From Pseudomonadota bacterium (lineage in GTDB: Bacteria; Bdellovibrionota; FAC87; UBA2466), in the NCBI GenBank assembly GCA_043767805.1, contig JAYUGC010000187.1, positions 1 through 46,984 of the forward strand: DNA of 46,984 nucleotides, in the 5' to 3' direction. Under the pieces are notes generated by a model. The model did not search any database and was not told the DNA's origin. It saw nothing but the letters and a program-made list of their open reading frames with translations. Positions 9,991 to 19,237 of the stretch are shown here, piece by piece. The first letter of the stretch is position 1, and every line of letters starts with the position of its first letter. Position numbers and translations under genes: made by a program.

Positions 9991-10755
9991 TCAATCCGGG
10001 ACTTTCGAAAGCGAGCGTTCCGGACGCTGGATATAGTCCCCACGGGAAAAGGTCTTTTCCAGCCAACAGTAGAGGACGATAAATAGGTACCGGGAGCCCA
10101 TCTCCTCGATTTTCAGCTTTGAAATGCCCGCTTTCCGATTGGTCCAATCATTGGGTAGAACTCGGTAACTGAAGCCACGAATGATGGATTTTAGCGGCAA
10201 TTCCACCGTGAGATTGAAGTGGTGGCTCAACAGTGGCTGTAATCCTTGGATGACATGGCGACGGTAAAGCTTGAAGGCGTTTGTCACGTCGTTGTACCTG
10301 AGCTGGAAAAGGACTTGGATGAAGAGATTGGCAAGGCGGTTGAGAATCAGCTTCAGCGGAGGATAGTCGATGATTTTCGACGCCGGAGCGAAGCGGGTGC
10401 CAAACACACAGTCCACGTTCTGTTCGAGCATGGTCTGATAGAACCGGACCAGATCCGCCGGGCTATCGGAGCCGTCGGCCATATAGACCGCCACCGCATC
10501 TCCGCGGAAGTGCCGAAGCCCGAAACGAATAGCGAGGCCAAAGCCGTTCTGGGAGTCATTGTTGAGATAACGGACTTCGGGAAAGCCGAGGCACAAGCTC
10601 TGGAGAACGGCTTCCGTATCGTCGGAGGAGCCGTCATTGATGACTAGGATCTCCGTCTCGATTTCCGCGAGCCGAAGCTTCTGGGTGAGCGCTTCGATGG
10701 TGCCGGGCAAAGAACCTGATTCATTGCGGGCGGGAATGACCATGGAAAGCCTCAT
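9991..10755 (-). CDS. GT2 polyprenol-phosphate glycosyltransferase (Dol-P-Man synthase-like)
   Basis: [37 protein letters not shown] overlaps the epimerase stop. Confidence 0.9.
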   Translation of the reverse strand: MRLSMVIPARNESGSLPGTIEALTQKLRLAEIETEILVINDGSSDDTEAVLQSLCLGFPEVRYLNNDSQNGFGLAIRFGLRHFRGDAVAVYMADGSDSPADLVRFYQTMLEQNVDCVFGTRFAPASKIIDYPPLKLILNRLANLFIQVLFQLRYNDVTNAFKLYRRHVIQGLQPLLSHHFNLTVELPLKSIIRGFSYRVLPNDWTNRKAGISKLKIEEMGSRYLFIVLYCWLEKTFSRGDYIQRPERSLSKVPD

Positions 10756-11828
10756 CCTCGCTCGTCCCTTTCCTCGCGTCGCACGGCATCGACGATTTGG
10801 GCTACCATCTCGGCAAGCGTGTACTGATACCGCCACTCGGGGTAGTCCGCCTGGAACTTACGGACGTCGGAGACGTACCAGATGTGATCCCCATTTCTCG
10901 CCTGTTCGGACAGGTCGAAGGCGAAGCGGCAGCCGGCGATTTCCTCGACAAGTTGAATCGCTTCCAGCACGGAGCAGTGGCTGTGGCGGGAGCCGCCGAT
11001 ATTGTAAACGGCTGCCGACCTCGGTTTTTGGAAAAAAGACCAAAAGGCGGTAACCAAATCCCGCGAGTGAATATTGTCTCGAACCTGCTTGCCGCCGAAT
11101 CCATTTATTACGTATTTCCACTCGGTGACTACGCACTTCACCAGGTAAGAAAGAAAGCCATGCAACTGGGCTCCCAAGTGGGCGGGGCCCGAGAGGCAAC
11201 CGCCACGAAACACGCCGGTCTTCATCCCGAAATAGCGGCCGTACTCCTGAACCAAAATGTCCGCCGCGACCTTACTCGCCCCAAAGAGGCTGTGCTTTGC
11301 GCTGTCGATGGACATTGACTCATCTATGCCATGCTCCGCGAAGGGGTGAGTCGGATCTACTTCGAATCGAGTTCTGTGCTCGATGAGAGGTAGAGAGTTC
11401 GGCGTGTCTCCGTATACCTTATTGGTGGAGGTAAAAATGAAAACGGCCTCGGGACTGTGAAGGCGCGCAGCTTCCAGTAAATAAAGGGTTCCGTTGGCGT
11501 TGATGGTGAAGTCGGTAATGGGCTCCCGTGCCGCCCAGTCATGGCTTGGTTGCGCGGCCGCGTGAATGACGACGCGGATTTTGGCGCCATATTTTTTGAA
11601 GACCTGAGAGATCGCTTCCTGGTTTCGGATGTCGATGTCCAGGGGAGTAAAACGGGGTAACTCGCGCTTGAGCCGTTCCGTGTTCCATTGCACGGAGCCA
11701 TCTTCGCCGAAAAAATAACGGCGCATGTTGTTGTCGATACCAATGACATCGAGACCTTGCTCGTGAAAGAAACGCGACGTCTCACTTCCGATAAGCCCCG
11801 AGGAACCGGTAACGATAGCCACTGACAT
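10752..11828 (-). CDS. NAD-dependent epimerase/dehydratase, CDP-paratose/tyvelose 2-epimerase (RfbE)-like
   Basis: [30 protein letters not shown] motifs. Confidence 0.85.
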   Translation of the reverse strand: MSVAIVTGSSGLIGSETSRFFHEQGLDVIGIDNNMRRYFFGEDGSVQWNTERLKRELPRFTPLDIDIRNQEAISQVFKKYGAKIRVVIHAAAQPSHDWAAREPITDFTINANGTLYLLEAARLHSPEAVFIFTSTNKVYGDTPNSLPLIEHRTRFEVDPTHPFAEHGIDESMSIDSAKHSLFGASKVAADILVQEYGRYFGMKTGVFRGGCLSGPAHLGAQLHGFLSYLVKCVVTEWKYVINGFGGKQVRDNIHSRDLVTAFWSFFQKPRSAAVYNIGGSRHSHCSVLEAIQLVEEIAGCRFAFDLSEQARNGDHIWYVSDVRKFQADYPEWRYQYTLAEMVAQIVDAVRREERDERG

Positions 11829-11946
11829 AGAGGGGTAACCTAACCCCGTCATTCAGAAGAGGTAAAGGCACTATTGGTGAGTGTGAAGCGAGGCAGCATG
11901 GCCCTGCGAGCTTGTCCCGGGTCTGGGCACGGGGTAGCGTTCGCCC

Positions 11947-13449
11947 ATGTCGAGGGGGCGTTTACTCTTAGGGCTAGGCTGCGGGGAGATTTTTCTCGCC
12001 TTCAGAGTCGCGGTAAACCATTCCTTACTCGCTCTGAGCTTTATTCTGGCGATCGCCTTGGTTTGGGGGACCAGCTCGGCCGGGCGGGCCGAGTGGCGTG
12101 AGGCTTGGCGGCGGTGGCAAGATCAATGGAGTGCCTTCGCGCTTTCCGGAGAAATGACTCCGTGGCTCGCCACTCTGCTCGGCGTGGGACTGCCGATGCT
12201 ACTCATAGCGCTTTTGAATGGGCGAAGTATCGCGACCTTCGATAATTACGGCATTCAGATGACCGCGGCGAGTCTCATCCTCGACGGAAAAACCGATTTT
12301 TCTCGTCTTGCCGGGGTTCGCACCGAAGCGGGAAATAAATGTGAGGGCTTGGCCTACCCGGCTATCTGCCACTCTCACGAGATGCAGGCTGCCACTCCGG
12401 CGGGCGTCTTGTTGTTTTTAGTGCCTTCGTTCGCGCTGGCTCGTCTGGTGGGAGCTGATTTAGCGAACCATCAGGTGATCTGGCGTTTGTCCAAATGGAC
12501 CGCGGCGCTACTCACGGGCGGCATGCTGACTTTGTTTTTTCTGATCGGCCTTCGGATCGCGGGTCTCAGAGCCGCGGTGGCTGGCAGTCTCTTTCTCGGG
12601 CTTGGCTCCGCGGTTTGGTCCACCTTGGCTCAGGGCATGTGGTCTCATGACGGGGTAGCCTTCGGACTCATTCTCGGTCTATGGGCGCTTTTTCTTCAGG
12701 CCCCGCGCCACGAGCGATTCGCGGGCGTCTGGATTGGAATCGCGTGGACTTTGATGATCGCGAGCCGTAACTCGTCGGCCCCGATTATTTTTCTTTTCGC
12801 TATTTGGCTTCTCCCTCGTCCTCGTCTGTTCTTGCCGGCGGCTTTGACCGGCTTGGTTGGGCTGGGTCTAGTCTCTCTCTACTACCAAGCCGTATACGGT
12901 AGCTTCCTCGGTCCCCAAGTCGCGGCGGTGACCGGCGGCGGCGAACCGAACGCGTATGCTTTGTCGATTTTTCCGGAAGGGCTTTACGGTTTGCTGCTTA
13001 GTCCCGGCACGGGTTTATTTGTTTATCAGATCTGGCTTGTGTATCTCTTGCTGCCCGCACGCAAAGCTCACTTACCAGTTTCGAGTCATCTGCCTCGCCA
13101 TTGGAAGAAAGCTCTCCTTGTGATGGGCGTCTCGCAGCTTCTCGTTTACAGCTTTTTCATGCACTGGGACGGTCAATGGTGCTGGGGAACGCGGTATCTT
13201 TCGGAAGTGATTCCGGCGTTAGCCCTCGTCCTGCTTCCCGGGCTCGCGAGCCGACTCCACGAGGCGAAGGGGCGAAAGCTCGCGCTCGCTCTCGGAGCCA
13301 TCGCCTTTCTGATTCATTTAAACGGTACGGCGCTCGCGGGAAATCAGTGGCATCATCATCCGCTAGACGCCAAGGCGACCCTGGAGACGCGGAGTCTCGA
13401 CTGGAGCGATCCGCCTTTTCTCTATCCGATACCGAGATGGTTTCGTTAG
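11947..13449 (+). CDS. Polytopic membrane protein, GT-C-like candidate
   Basis: Multiple TMs; QGMWSH, LLLSPGTGLF, WDGQWCWGTRYLSE. Confidence 0.6.
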   Translation: MSRGRLLLGLGCGEIFLAFRVAVNHSLLALSFILAIALVWGTSSAGRAEWREAWRRWQDQWSAFALSGEMTPWLATLLGVGLPMLLIALLNGRSIATFDNYGIQMTAASLILDGKTDFSRLAGVRTEAGNKCEGLAYPAICHSHEMQAATPAGVLLFLVPSFALARLVGADLANHQVIWRLSKWTAALLTGGMLTLFFLIGLRIAGLRAAVAGSLFLGLGSAVWSTLAQGMWSHDGVAFGLILGLWALFLQAPRHERFAGVWIGIAWTLMIASRNSSAPIIFLFAIWLLPRPRLFLPAALTGLVGLGLVSLYYQAVYGSFLGPQVAAVTGGGEPNAYALSIFPEGLYGLLLSPGTGLFVYQIWLVYLLLPARKAHLPVSSHLPRHWKKALLVMGVSQLLVYSFFMHWDGQWCWGTRYLSEVIPALALVLLPGLASRLHEAKGRKLALALGAIAFLIHLNGTALAGNQWHHHPLDAKATLETRSLDWSDPPFLYPIPRWFR

Positions 13450-14486
13450 AACGGGCCCTGAAAATCCGAGGAAACCAGGGGCGGCGGTGCACGGGAGTGA
13501 CTGCGGCCCTGGAAGTCTCCGCGCACGAGACGCCGCGCGCTTTCCACCAAAGTATCGACGGTAGGATAGTAAATCGCCTCCAGCGCCGGGCTACAAGGCG
13601 TCGGGCATTCCGGAAGCGTAACTCGCGCGACGGGAGCCTTTAAATGAGAAAAGCCTTTTTCCGCCGCCACCGCCGCGACTTCCGCCGCCATGCCGGCCGT
13701 GCCGTGAGCGATGTCGGTCACCATGAGCCGGCCCGTTTTTTTCAAGGACTGCAAAATAGTTTCCGTGTCGAGGGGCCGGGCCGAGCGGGGATCGATGATT
13801 TCCATTTCGATTCCGTCGGCGAGCAGTTTTTCCCGGGCAAGTAAGGCTTCTCCCACCTGATAGGAGAACGCCACACAGGTAATATCTTCTCCGGTGGCGA
13901 CGACGTTGGCTTTGCCGATAGCAATCTTGTACGGCGCCTCCGGGACGAGGGCCGCTTTGTCGTGTAGCCAGCGGTGCTCGATGCAGATTACCGGATCCGG
14001 ATCGAGCAGGGCCGAGTAGAGTAAGCCTTTCGCATCGTAGGCATTCGATGGCAAAACCACTTTCAGGCCGGGTACCTGGGCAAACATCCCGTGAAAACTT
14101 TGCGAGTGCTGCGCGGCTTGCCCCCAGCCCCGCCCGACGATGCAGCGAATGGTGATGGGCACCGAGCCGCCGCACATGTATTTCCACTTGGCCGCGTGGT
14201 TGACGATTTGATCCATCGAGACCAAAGCGAACTCGCAGCGCAAATGCACGAGTAGCGAAGGCGTGCCCGCGATCGCCGCACCGATGGCCACGCCAGTCAC
14301 CGCGCCTTCCGAAAGCGGAGTATCGAACACGCGTTCCTTTCCGAAACGCTTATAGGGCGCGAGCGTCGTTCCGAAGGAGCCCTTCGGATCGTCGACGCCT
14401 TCTCCCATCACGAAAAGCCGCGGCTCCGCCTCCATCGCCTGAATGGTGGCTTCCGCAATGGCCTCGCCGTACTTAAGGCTGCGCAT
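13446..14486 (-). CDS. TPP-dependent 2-oxoacid dehydrogenase E1 beta / transketolase C-terminal-like subunit
   Basis: GEGV, DTPLSE, AAQHSQ, PGLKVV, DPDPV motifs; start ATG 14486. Confidence 0.9.
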   Translation of the reverse strand: MRSLKYGEAIAEATIQAMEAEPRLFVMGEGVDDPKGSFGTTLAPYKRFGKERVFDTPLSEGAVTGVAIGAAIAGTPSLLVHLRCEFALVSMDQIVNHAAKWKYMCGGSVPITIRCIVGRGWGQAAQHSQSFHGMFAQVPGLKVVLPSNAYDAKGLLYSALLDPDPVICIEHRWLHDKAALVPEAPYKIAIGKANVVATGEDITCVAFSYQVGEALLAREKLLADGIEMEIIDPRSARPLDTETILQSLKKTGRLMVTDIAHGTAGMAAEVAAVAAEKGFSHLKAPVARVTLPECPTPCSPALEAIYYPTVDTLVESARRLVRGDFQGRSHSRAPPPLVSSDFQGPF

Positions 14487-15414
14487 ACACTTCCTCGAGA
14501 AGATCTTCGCGGGCCGGGAAGGGACTGGAGCGCGCGTACTCAAAAGCGTCGCGAATTTCCTCGGCGATTTCCGCTTCCCAAACGTCTCGATCCCTTGATG
14601 TCCCCATCTTTTCGACGGGGCATCTCGCCATCCAAGCTTCCACTTCCTCGCGTGTCCGGTAACCAACCGCGTGATCCCAAGCTGGTCCCACGTGATCTCT
14701 CAGCCGATAGGTGATGCACTCTAAATAGGTGGGACCTTCGCCCGCGCGCGCTCGCGCTACCGCTTCGCTTGCCGCGGCTTGCACCGCGAGGACGTCGTTG
14801 CCGTCGATTTGAAAAGCGGGAAGGCCAAAACCACGCGCTCGCTCGGCGCTGGAAGTTACCGCTTGGCGGGCGGAGACCGAGCTATAAGTCGCGTAGCCGT
14901 TGTTCTCGCAAACAAAGAGCACCGGAAGTTTTTTTAGCGCCGCGAAGTTGAGGCTTTCATAGAGAATGCCTTCCTCGGTCGCGCCGTCTCCGAAAAACGT
15001 TACGGCGACACGCGGCTCGCCCGCACGTTGAAAGGCGAGTGCGCTGCCGGCCGCCATGGGAATGGTTCCGGCGACCAAAGCGCTTGCCCCCATCATGCCC
15101 ACGGAGAAATCGACAAGATGCATGGAGCCGCCCTTGCCGCGCGCGCAGCCCGTGCTTCTTCCAAAAAGTTCCGCCATCATGGCGGGCAAGTCGCCTTCTT
15201 TGGCGAGGTAATGAGAATGACAGCGGTGGTTGCTGTAAACGTGATCTTTCGTCGTCAAAGGCGCGCAGACCCCCACGGCCACCGCCTCCTGGCCGATGGA
15301 CAGATGGACCGGGCACTTCATTTCCCCTTTGGGGTAGTGGTCCGCGATCGCTTCTTCAATTCGGCGGATGCGGAGCATGCGTCGATGAAGTTCGGCGGGA
15401 GTTGAGCTCCCCAT
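14473..15414 (-). CDS. TPP-dependent dehydrogenase E1 alpha subunit
   Basis: HLSIGQEA, GKGGSMH, FFGDGA...ENN TPP-binding motif; start ATG 15414. Confidence 0.9.
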   Translation of the reverse strand: MGSSTPAELHRRMLRIRRIEEAIADHYPKGEMKCPVHLSIGQEAVAVGVCAPLTTKDHVYSNHRCHSHYLAKEGDLPAMMAELFGRSTGCARGKGGSMHLVDFSVGMMGASALVAGTIPMAAGSALAFQRAGEPRVAVTFFGDGATEEGILYESLNFAALKKLPVLFVCENNGYATYSSVSARQAVTSSAERARGFGLPAFQIDGNDVLAVQAAASEAVARARAGEGPTYLECITYRLRDHVGPAWDHAVGYRTREEVEAWMARCPVEKMGTSRDRDVWEAEIAEEIRDAFEYARSSPFPAREDLLEEVYAQP

Positions 15415-15997
15415 GGCGGTCCTCCGGTTGGGTCGAGGCAAGGCGCTCAACGAAAGCGTGGAGCAAAAGTAAGTGGGCCGTTTCGACGACTCCATAGGAG
15501 GTCGAGGGCACGTAGAAATTCAAATGGCCGAGCCCAACGAGCGGGTTGTCGGCGGCAAAGCCGCTAAAGGTGATGGCGAAGAGCCCCTTGCGGCGCGCTT
15601 CGAGGACCGCGTGCAATATGTTGGGCGATTTGCCGGAACTCGAGATCGCAATCAAAACGTCGCCTGAATCTCCGTGGAGACGAATCGCTTGCGCGAACGC
15701 TTCCTCGTAACCGAAATCGTTGGCCAGGCAGGTGATGAGCGCGCCGTCGTTGAAAGCCATAGCGCGCATGCCGCCGTTTCTGCCGAAGTCGTTGGCGTGA
15801 TGGCTTGCGATCGCGGCACTTCCGCCGTTACCCACCAAAATCGCCTTGCCGCCAATGGCGCGGACTTTACCGAGCCGGTCGCACGCTTCATTCATTCCTT
15901 CTTGCAAAGGAAGGCCTCCCCGATCCGAGGAAGCGACTCGCAGGTTCGCGAGTGTGCGGGAAAATTCTCCGAGTACGGCGAATTCCGAAAACGGCAT
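15356..15997 (-). CDS. gmhA: Phosphoheptose isomerase (SIS domain)
   Basis: GNGGSAAIASH, ANDFGY, ISSSGKSPN motifs. Confidence 0.85.
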   Translation of the reverse strand: MPFSEFAVLGEFSRTLANLRVASSDRGGLPLQEGMNEACDRLGKVRAIGGKAILVGNGGSAAIASHHANDFGRNGGMRAMAFNDGALITCLANDFGYEEAFAQAIRLHGDSGDVLIAISSSGKSPNILHAVLEARRKGLFAITFSGFAADNPLVGLGHLNFYVPSTSYGVVETAHLLLLHAFVERLASTQPEDRHGELNSRRTSSTHAPHPPN

Positions 15998-16013
15998 TCG
16001 TCTCCTTGGGACT

Positions 16014-17549
16014 TTAGGCCAGTAAGGCCTTGATGAACTTCAAGAACGGCGCCGCTTGCAGACTGGACCGGTTACCGACAATCTCAACCGCCAAGGCACC
16101 CGCCGCATTGCCAGTAAACCCCAAAACTTCCGGTGCGGCACGGCGCGCCGCGAGTAGGGAAGTAATGGCGAAGTAAGCGTCCCCCGCGCCGACCCGATCC
16201 ACGATGCGGCTAGAGAAGGAAGGCACTTCGACGGCGCTGCCTTCAGGCCCAGCAAGGCGCGTCATCGAGCCATTGTGACCGCGCGTAATGGTGAACGCCG
16301 AGCCTGGATAACGCAGGGCGAACTCATCCAATAGATCGCCGATGGGCGCGTACTTTTGCTGCAGGGCAAGACGAAGCTCCGGTTCGTCGATGGAAACGTA
16401 GTCGGCGCGCTCGTATTTCGTGACCGGATTGAAGCCGAGGTTGGCGCTATTGGTTTGCACGTTGAGCGCGAGAAATTTGGAACGAGTGGTCAAGAGATCC
16501 CGGAGAGCCGGTGTGAGTAAACCGTGCCCGTAATCGGCGACGATCACCACGTCGAACTCCGGGAGAGCTTCCTTAAGGTAGCGGCAGAAATCGCCTTCCA
16601 CCTTCGTCGGTAAATTGGTGTCGTTCAGATAAGCGATCTGAAACATCTTCGTAAGGAAAGCGGGCTCCAGATAGCGCCGCTTTACCGTGGTGGGGGCATC
16701 GTCTCTGAAGAAATACTTCCGGGCGATTTTCGGGCTGAGCAAAGCATCGATGCGTTCCTGCTGAGGCGCCTGGGCACCCAAGCAGGTAACGACCGTGACC
16801 GAGCCCGCGAAATCGGCGATGTGATTGGCGCACGCGAGAATGCCGCCCGCAAAAGACTCTTCACTCAAAAAGCGCGTCGAGACGATGGTTTCTTTCGGCG
16901 ATTTTCCGAGCGGCTGGCAGTAGTGATACTCGTCCATGATGGTATCGCCGAGCACCATCACTTTGAGACCCTTCAAGGCCTCGAGCTGCCCTGGGATGTC
17001 CAAGGCCGCAAGCCGCGTGCGGTTCGCTTCGAGATAACGGGTCGCTTGCTCGGAATAGACGCCGCCTCTCTTATTGAGGAGGCTCGAAGAGCTGAATACG
17101 ATCCCGTGCGTGAAATGAATCCGCCCGCCGCCCGCCCGTACCGCGGTTTCCTCGGCGAGGATGCCGCCCGTCACGTCTTTCGCCGCGTCTTCGTAATCCT
17201 GGCCTTTGACGTAAACGCTCGGGCAAATCGCTTCGATCGCATTGACCGCCGTGGGAAAGCGCGAAATGGCGACATGATCGACATACATCAGGGAAGCGAG
17301 GGTTTCCGCGCGCAGCACTTCGGTGAAGGCGGGTCTTCCCGGGCCTTTGTTGACGAAGCCGTCGGCCGTTACCGTGACGAAGAGCTTGTCGCCTTGGGCG
17401 CGGGCTTCTTGAAAATGACGGATGTGGCCCGGATGAAGCAAATCGAAAACGCCGTGGCACTGGACCACGCGCAGGCCGGCGGCACGGTCGTCCGCGGAGA
17501 TTTGCGCGAGCTCCTCGAGAGTGACGATTTTGCTGCGGCCGCTGGTCAT
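16014..17549 (-). CDS. Bifunctional nucleotidyltransferase (N-terminal) / PfkB sugar kinase (C-terminal), HldE/RfaE-like
   Basis: HGVFDLLHPGH (HxGH) and YVKGQDY in the N half; DYGHG and DRVGAGD in the C half; start ATG 17549 overlaps the gmhB stop. Confidence 0.85.
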   Translation of the reverse strand: MTSGRSKIVTLEELAQISADDRAAGLRVVQCHGVFDLLHPGHIRHFQEARAQGDKLFVTVTADGFVNKGPGRPAFTEVLRAETLASLMYVDHVAISRFPTAVNAIEAICPSVYVKGQDYEDAAKDVTGGILAEETAVRAGGGRIHFTHGIVFSSSSLLNKRGGVYSEQATRYLEANRTRLAALDIPGQLEALKGLKVMVLGDTIMDEYHYCQPLGKSPKETIVSTRFLSEESFAGGILACANHIADFAGSVTVVTCLGAQAPQQERIDALLSPKIARKYFFRDDAPTTVKRRYLEPAFLTKMFQIAYLNDTNLPTKVEGDFCRYLKEALPEFDVVIVADYGHGLLTPALRDLLTTRSKFLALNVQTNSANLGFNPVTKYERADYVSIDEPELRLALQQKYAPIGDLLDEFALRYPGSAFTITRGHNGSMTRLAGPEGSAVEVPSFSSRIVDRVGAGDAYFAITSLLAARRAAPEVLGFTGNAAGALAVEIVGNRSSLQAAPFLKFIKALLA

Positions 17550-18085
17550 GATTGGCCCGATTCTCTCATGGCCTCGGCCTGCTTCAAGATCTGATGCACT
17601 TCCCAAAGCGAATTCACGCGAAAATCCGCCTTCAGGTGGCGGTTGTAGGGCCGCGTCCAAACGATGCTATGGCAGCCGCCGTTGATGGCCACGCCGATGT
17701 CTTTCTGGGTGTCTCCCAAAACGAAGGAGTCCGGGAGCGAAATGCCGAAGCGCAAGGCGGCTTCGAGCAGCATCCCCGGATTGGGCTTGCGGCGCGGGTT
17801 TTGGAGAGAGGCCGAGGGCGAATAGTAAATCGCGTCCAAGCCGAAGGTGCGCTGAAGGTAGCCGTGCATGGACTCGAGAAACGTTTCGGTTACCGTCCCC
17901 GACTCGACGCAAGGCTGATTGGTGATGAGCACCAGCCGGTAGCCCAAGGCTTTTATATCCGCCAAGCCGTCCAATCCGGGATAGAGCTTCACCTCGTTCC
18001 AGTTACGAGGAGAGGTCAGGATCCCGTCCCGCTCGACGAGCTCGTTGAAGATCCCGTCGCGATCGAGGAAAAGGGCCCTATGCAT
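17546..18085 (-). CDS. gmhB: HAD-IIIA phosphatase, D,D-heptose-1,7-bisphosphate phosphatase-like
   Basis: FLDRDG, ITNQ, RKPNPGML, GDTQKD motifs. Confidence 0.85.
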   Translation of the reverse strand: MHRALFLDRDGIFNELVERDGILTSPRNWNEVKLYPGLDGLADIKALGYRLVLITNQPCVESGTVTETFLESMHGYLQRTFGLDAIYYSPSASLQNPRRKPNPGMLLEAALRFGISLPDSFVLGDTQKDIGVAINGGCHSIVWTRPYNRHLKADFRVNSLWEVHQILKQAEAMRESGQS

Positions 18086-18120
18086 ATGGGGCCAGTATCA
18101 CCCGAACTAACTCGCCCGGC

Positions 18121-18156
18121 AAAAAAGAAAACGGCCCGGCCCTGAAGGCCGAGCCG
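18121..18156 (-). terminator. Rho-independent terminator downstream of the Tyr/Gly-rich lipoprotein gene
   Basis: Minus strand reads CGGCTCGGCC-TTCAG-GGCCGGGCCG followed by TTTTCTTTTTT. Confidence 0.8.
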
Positions 18157-18185
18157 CTCCTTATTGGTTTGAACTCGAAATCGGC

Positions 18186-18821
18186 TTACCAGATATAAGC
18201 GCCCTTATAGAGACAACGGTTGTAGCACTTGCTGGGATTCGCGCGGTTGTAGCAGTAATCGCAGTTGTTGTCGTAGGACGTGGTCGAGACCGGGTTATAC
18301 CCGAGAAAGTTCTGGTAGCAGTTGTACGGATAACTGGACGACGAAGTGGACGTCGTTCCGTAACCAAAGCCGTAGTTGTAATTCCCGTAACCGTAGCTGT
18401 AATTGTAGTTATAGCCGTACCCATAACCGTAATCCGTGCCGTTGTACCCCGAGCCGTAGAAGCCGAGGTAGCCGCAAAGATTCGTGGAGCTCGTCGTAGT
18501 GCCGTCGTAGTACGACGGCGGATAGTAATAGTAGGACGAGTACCACTGCGGATAATAGCTGCCGAAGCCACGGCCATCGCTAGAGGTCTGAGTCTTCGCA
18601 TTGCCCATCACGCAGGACTGAGCGGCGCCGCGGCCTTGAGCCATGATGGCCTTCGCGTTAGTGCGAATGCACGCGACGTCCATGATCGTTCCGTCGGCGA
18701 GCGCCACCAGGGACGCGTCTACCGCGGAATCGTTTTGAACTTCATTATCTCCCGAGAGCCGGCCGCAAGCCGACAGAAGCGAGACGACAGCGATGAGAGC
18801 AAGGATGAGATTTTTATTCAT
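18186..18821 (-). CDS. Lipoprotein with Tyr/Gly/Ser-rich low-complexity region and Cys-rich C-terminus
   Basis: Signal peptide and lipobox LLSA-C; GYGYGYNYNYSYGYG; CDYC...C...C; followed by its own terminator. Confidence 0.8.
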   Translation of the reverse strand: MNKNLILALIAVVSLLSACGRLSGDNEVQNDSAVDASLVALADGTIMDVACIRTNAKAIMAQGRGAAQSCVMGNAKTQTSSDGRGFGSYYPQWYSSYYYYPPSYYDGTTTSSTNLCGYLGFYGSGYNGTDYGYGYGYNYNYSYGYGNYNYGFGYGTTSTSSSSYPYNCYQNFLGYNPVSTTSYDNNCDYCYNRANPSKCYNRCLYKGAYIW

Positions 18822-19237
18822 GACTAGAGACCCCCCGAGTTACGACACGAAACTTTGTAAGCTTGATTCCTGTTATTTCACTTTCCCTGCCAAAATTTTT
18901 CGTGCGCCCGCGGAGTGAAGACAAAAAGTGGACAGTGTTTCGAAGTTCGACACCGTTTGGAGCCGCATTCCAATTTTTGTTGAGAGGCCGGACACTTACC
19001 GTTTCGTATTCGTACAGTGGCGGGTGTAGCTACGGCGATTACACCGTAAGTAGCTGAATTCACGATAACAACCCTGAAGCCTATACAGTGTGTACTGGAC
19101 TGACACGGGTGTCGAACTTCCCTCCGAAAGGCCTTCAAATGAACGTTTTGCCGACACTCTCAGAGGATAGTGCAAGGGGTCACGGAGCCCAGATCTCACC
19201 ATGATAGAGTTATCCAAACTTTTTCTCCGGCTACCCA

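Noticed and set aside
13446..15414. Housekeeping pyruvate dehydrogenase (pdhA/pdhB)
   Set aside because: No E2/E3 nearby and the pair is embedded in a sugar operon, so gene symbols were withheld.
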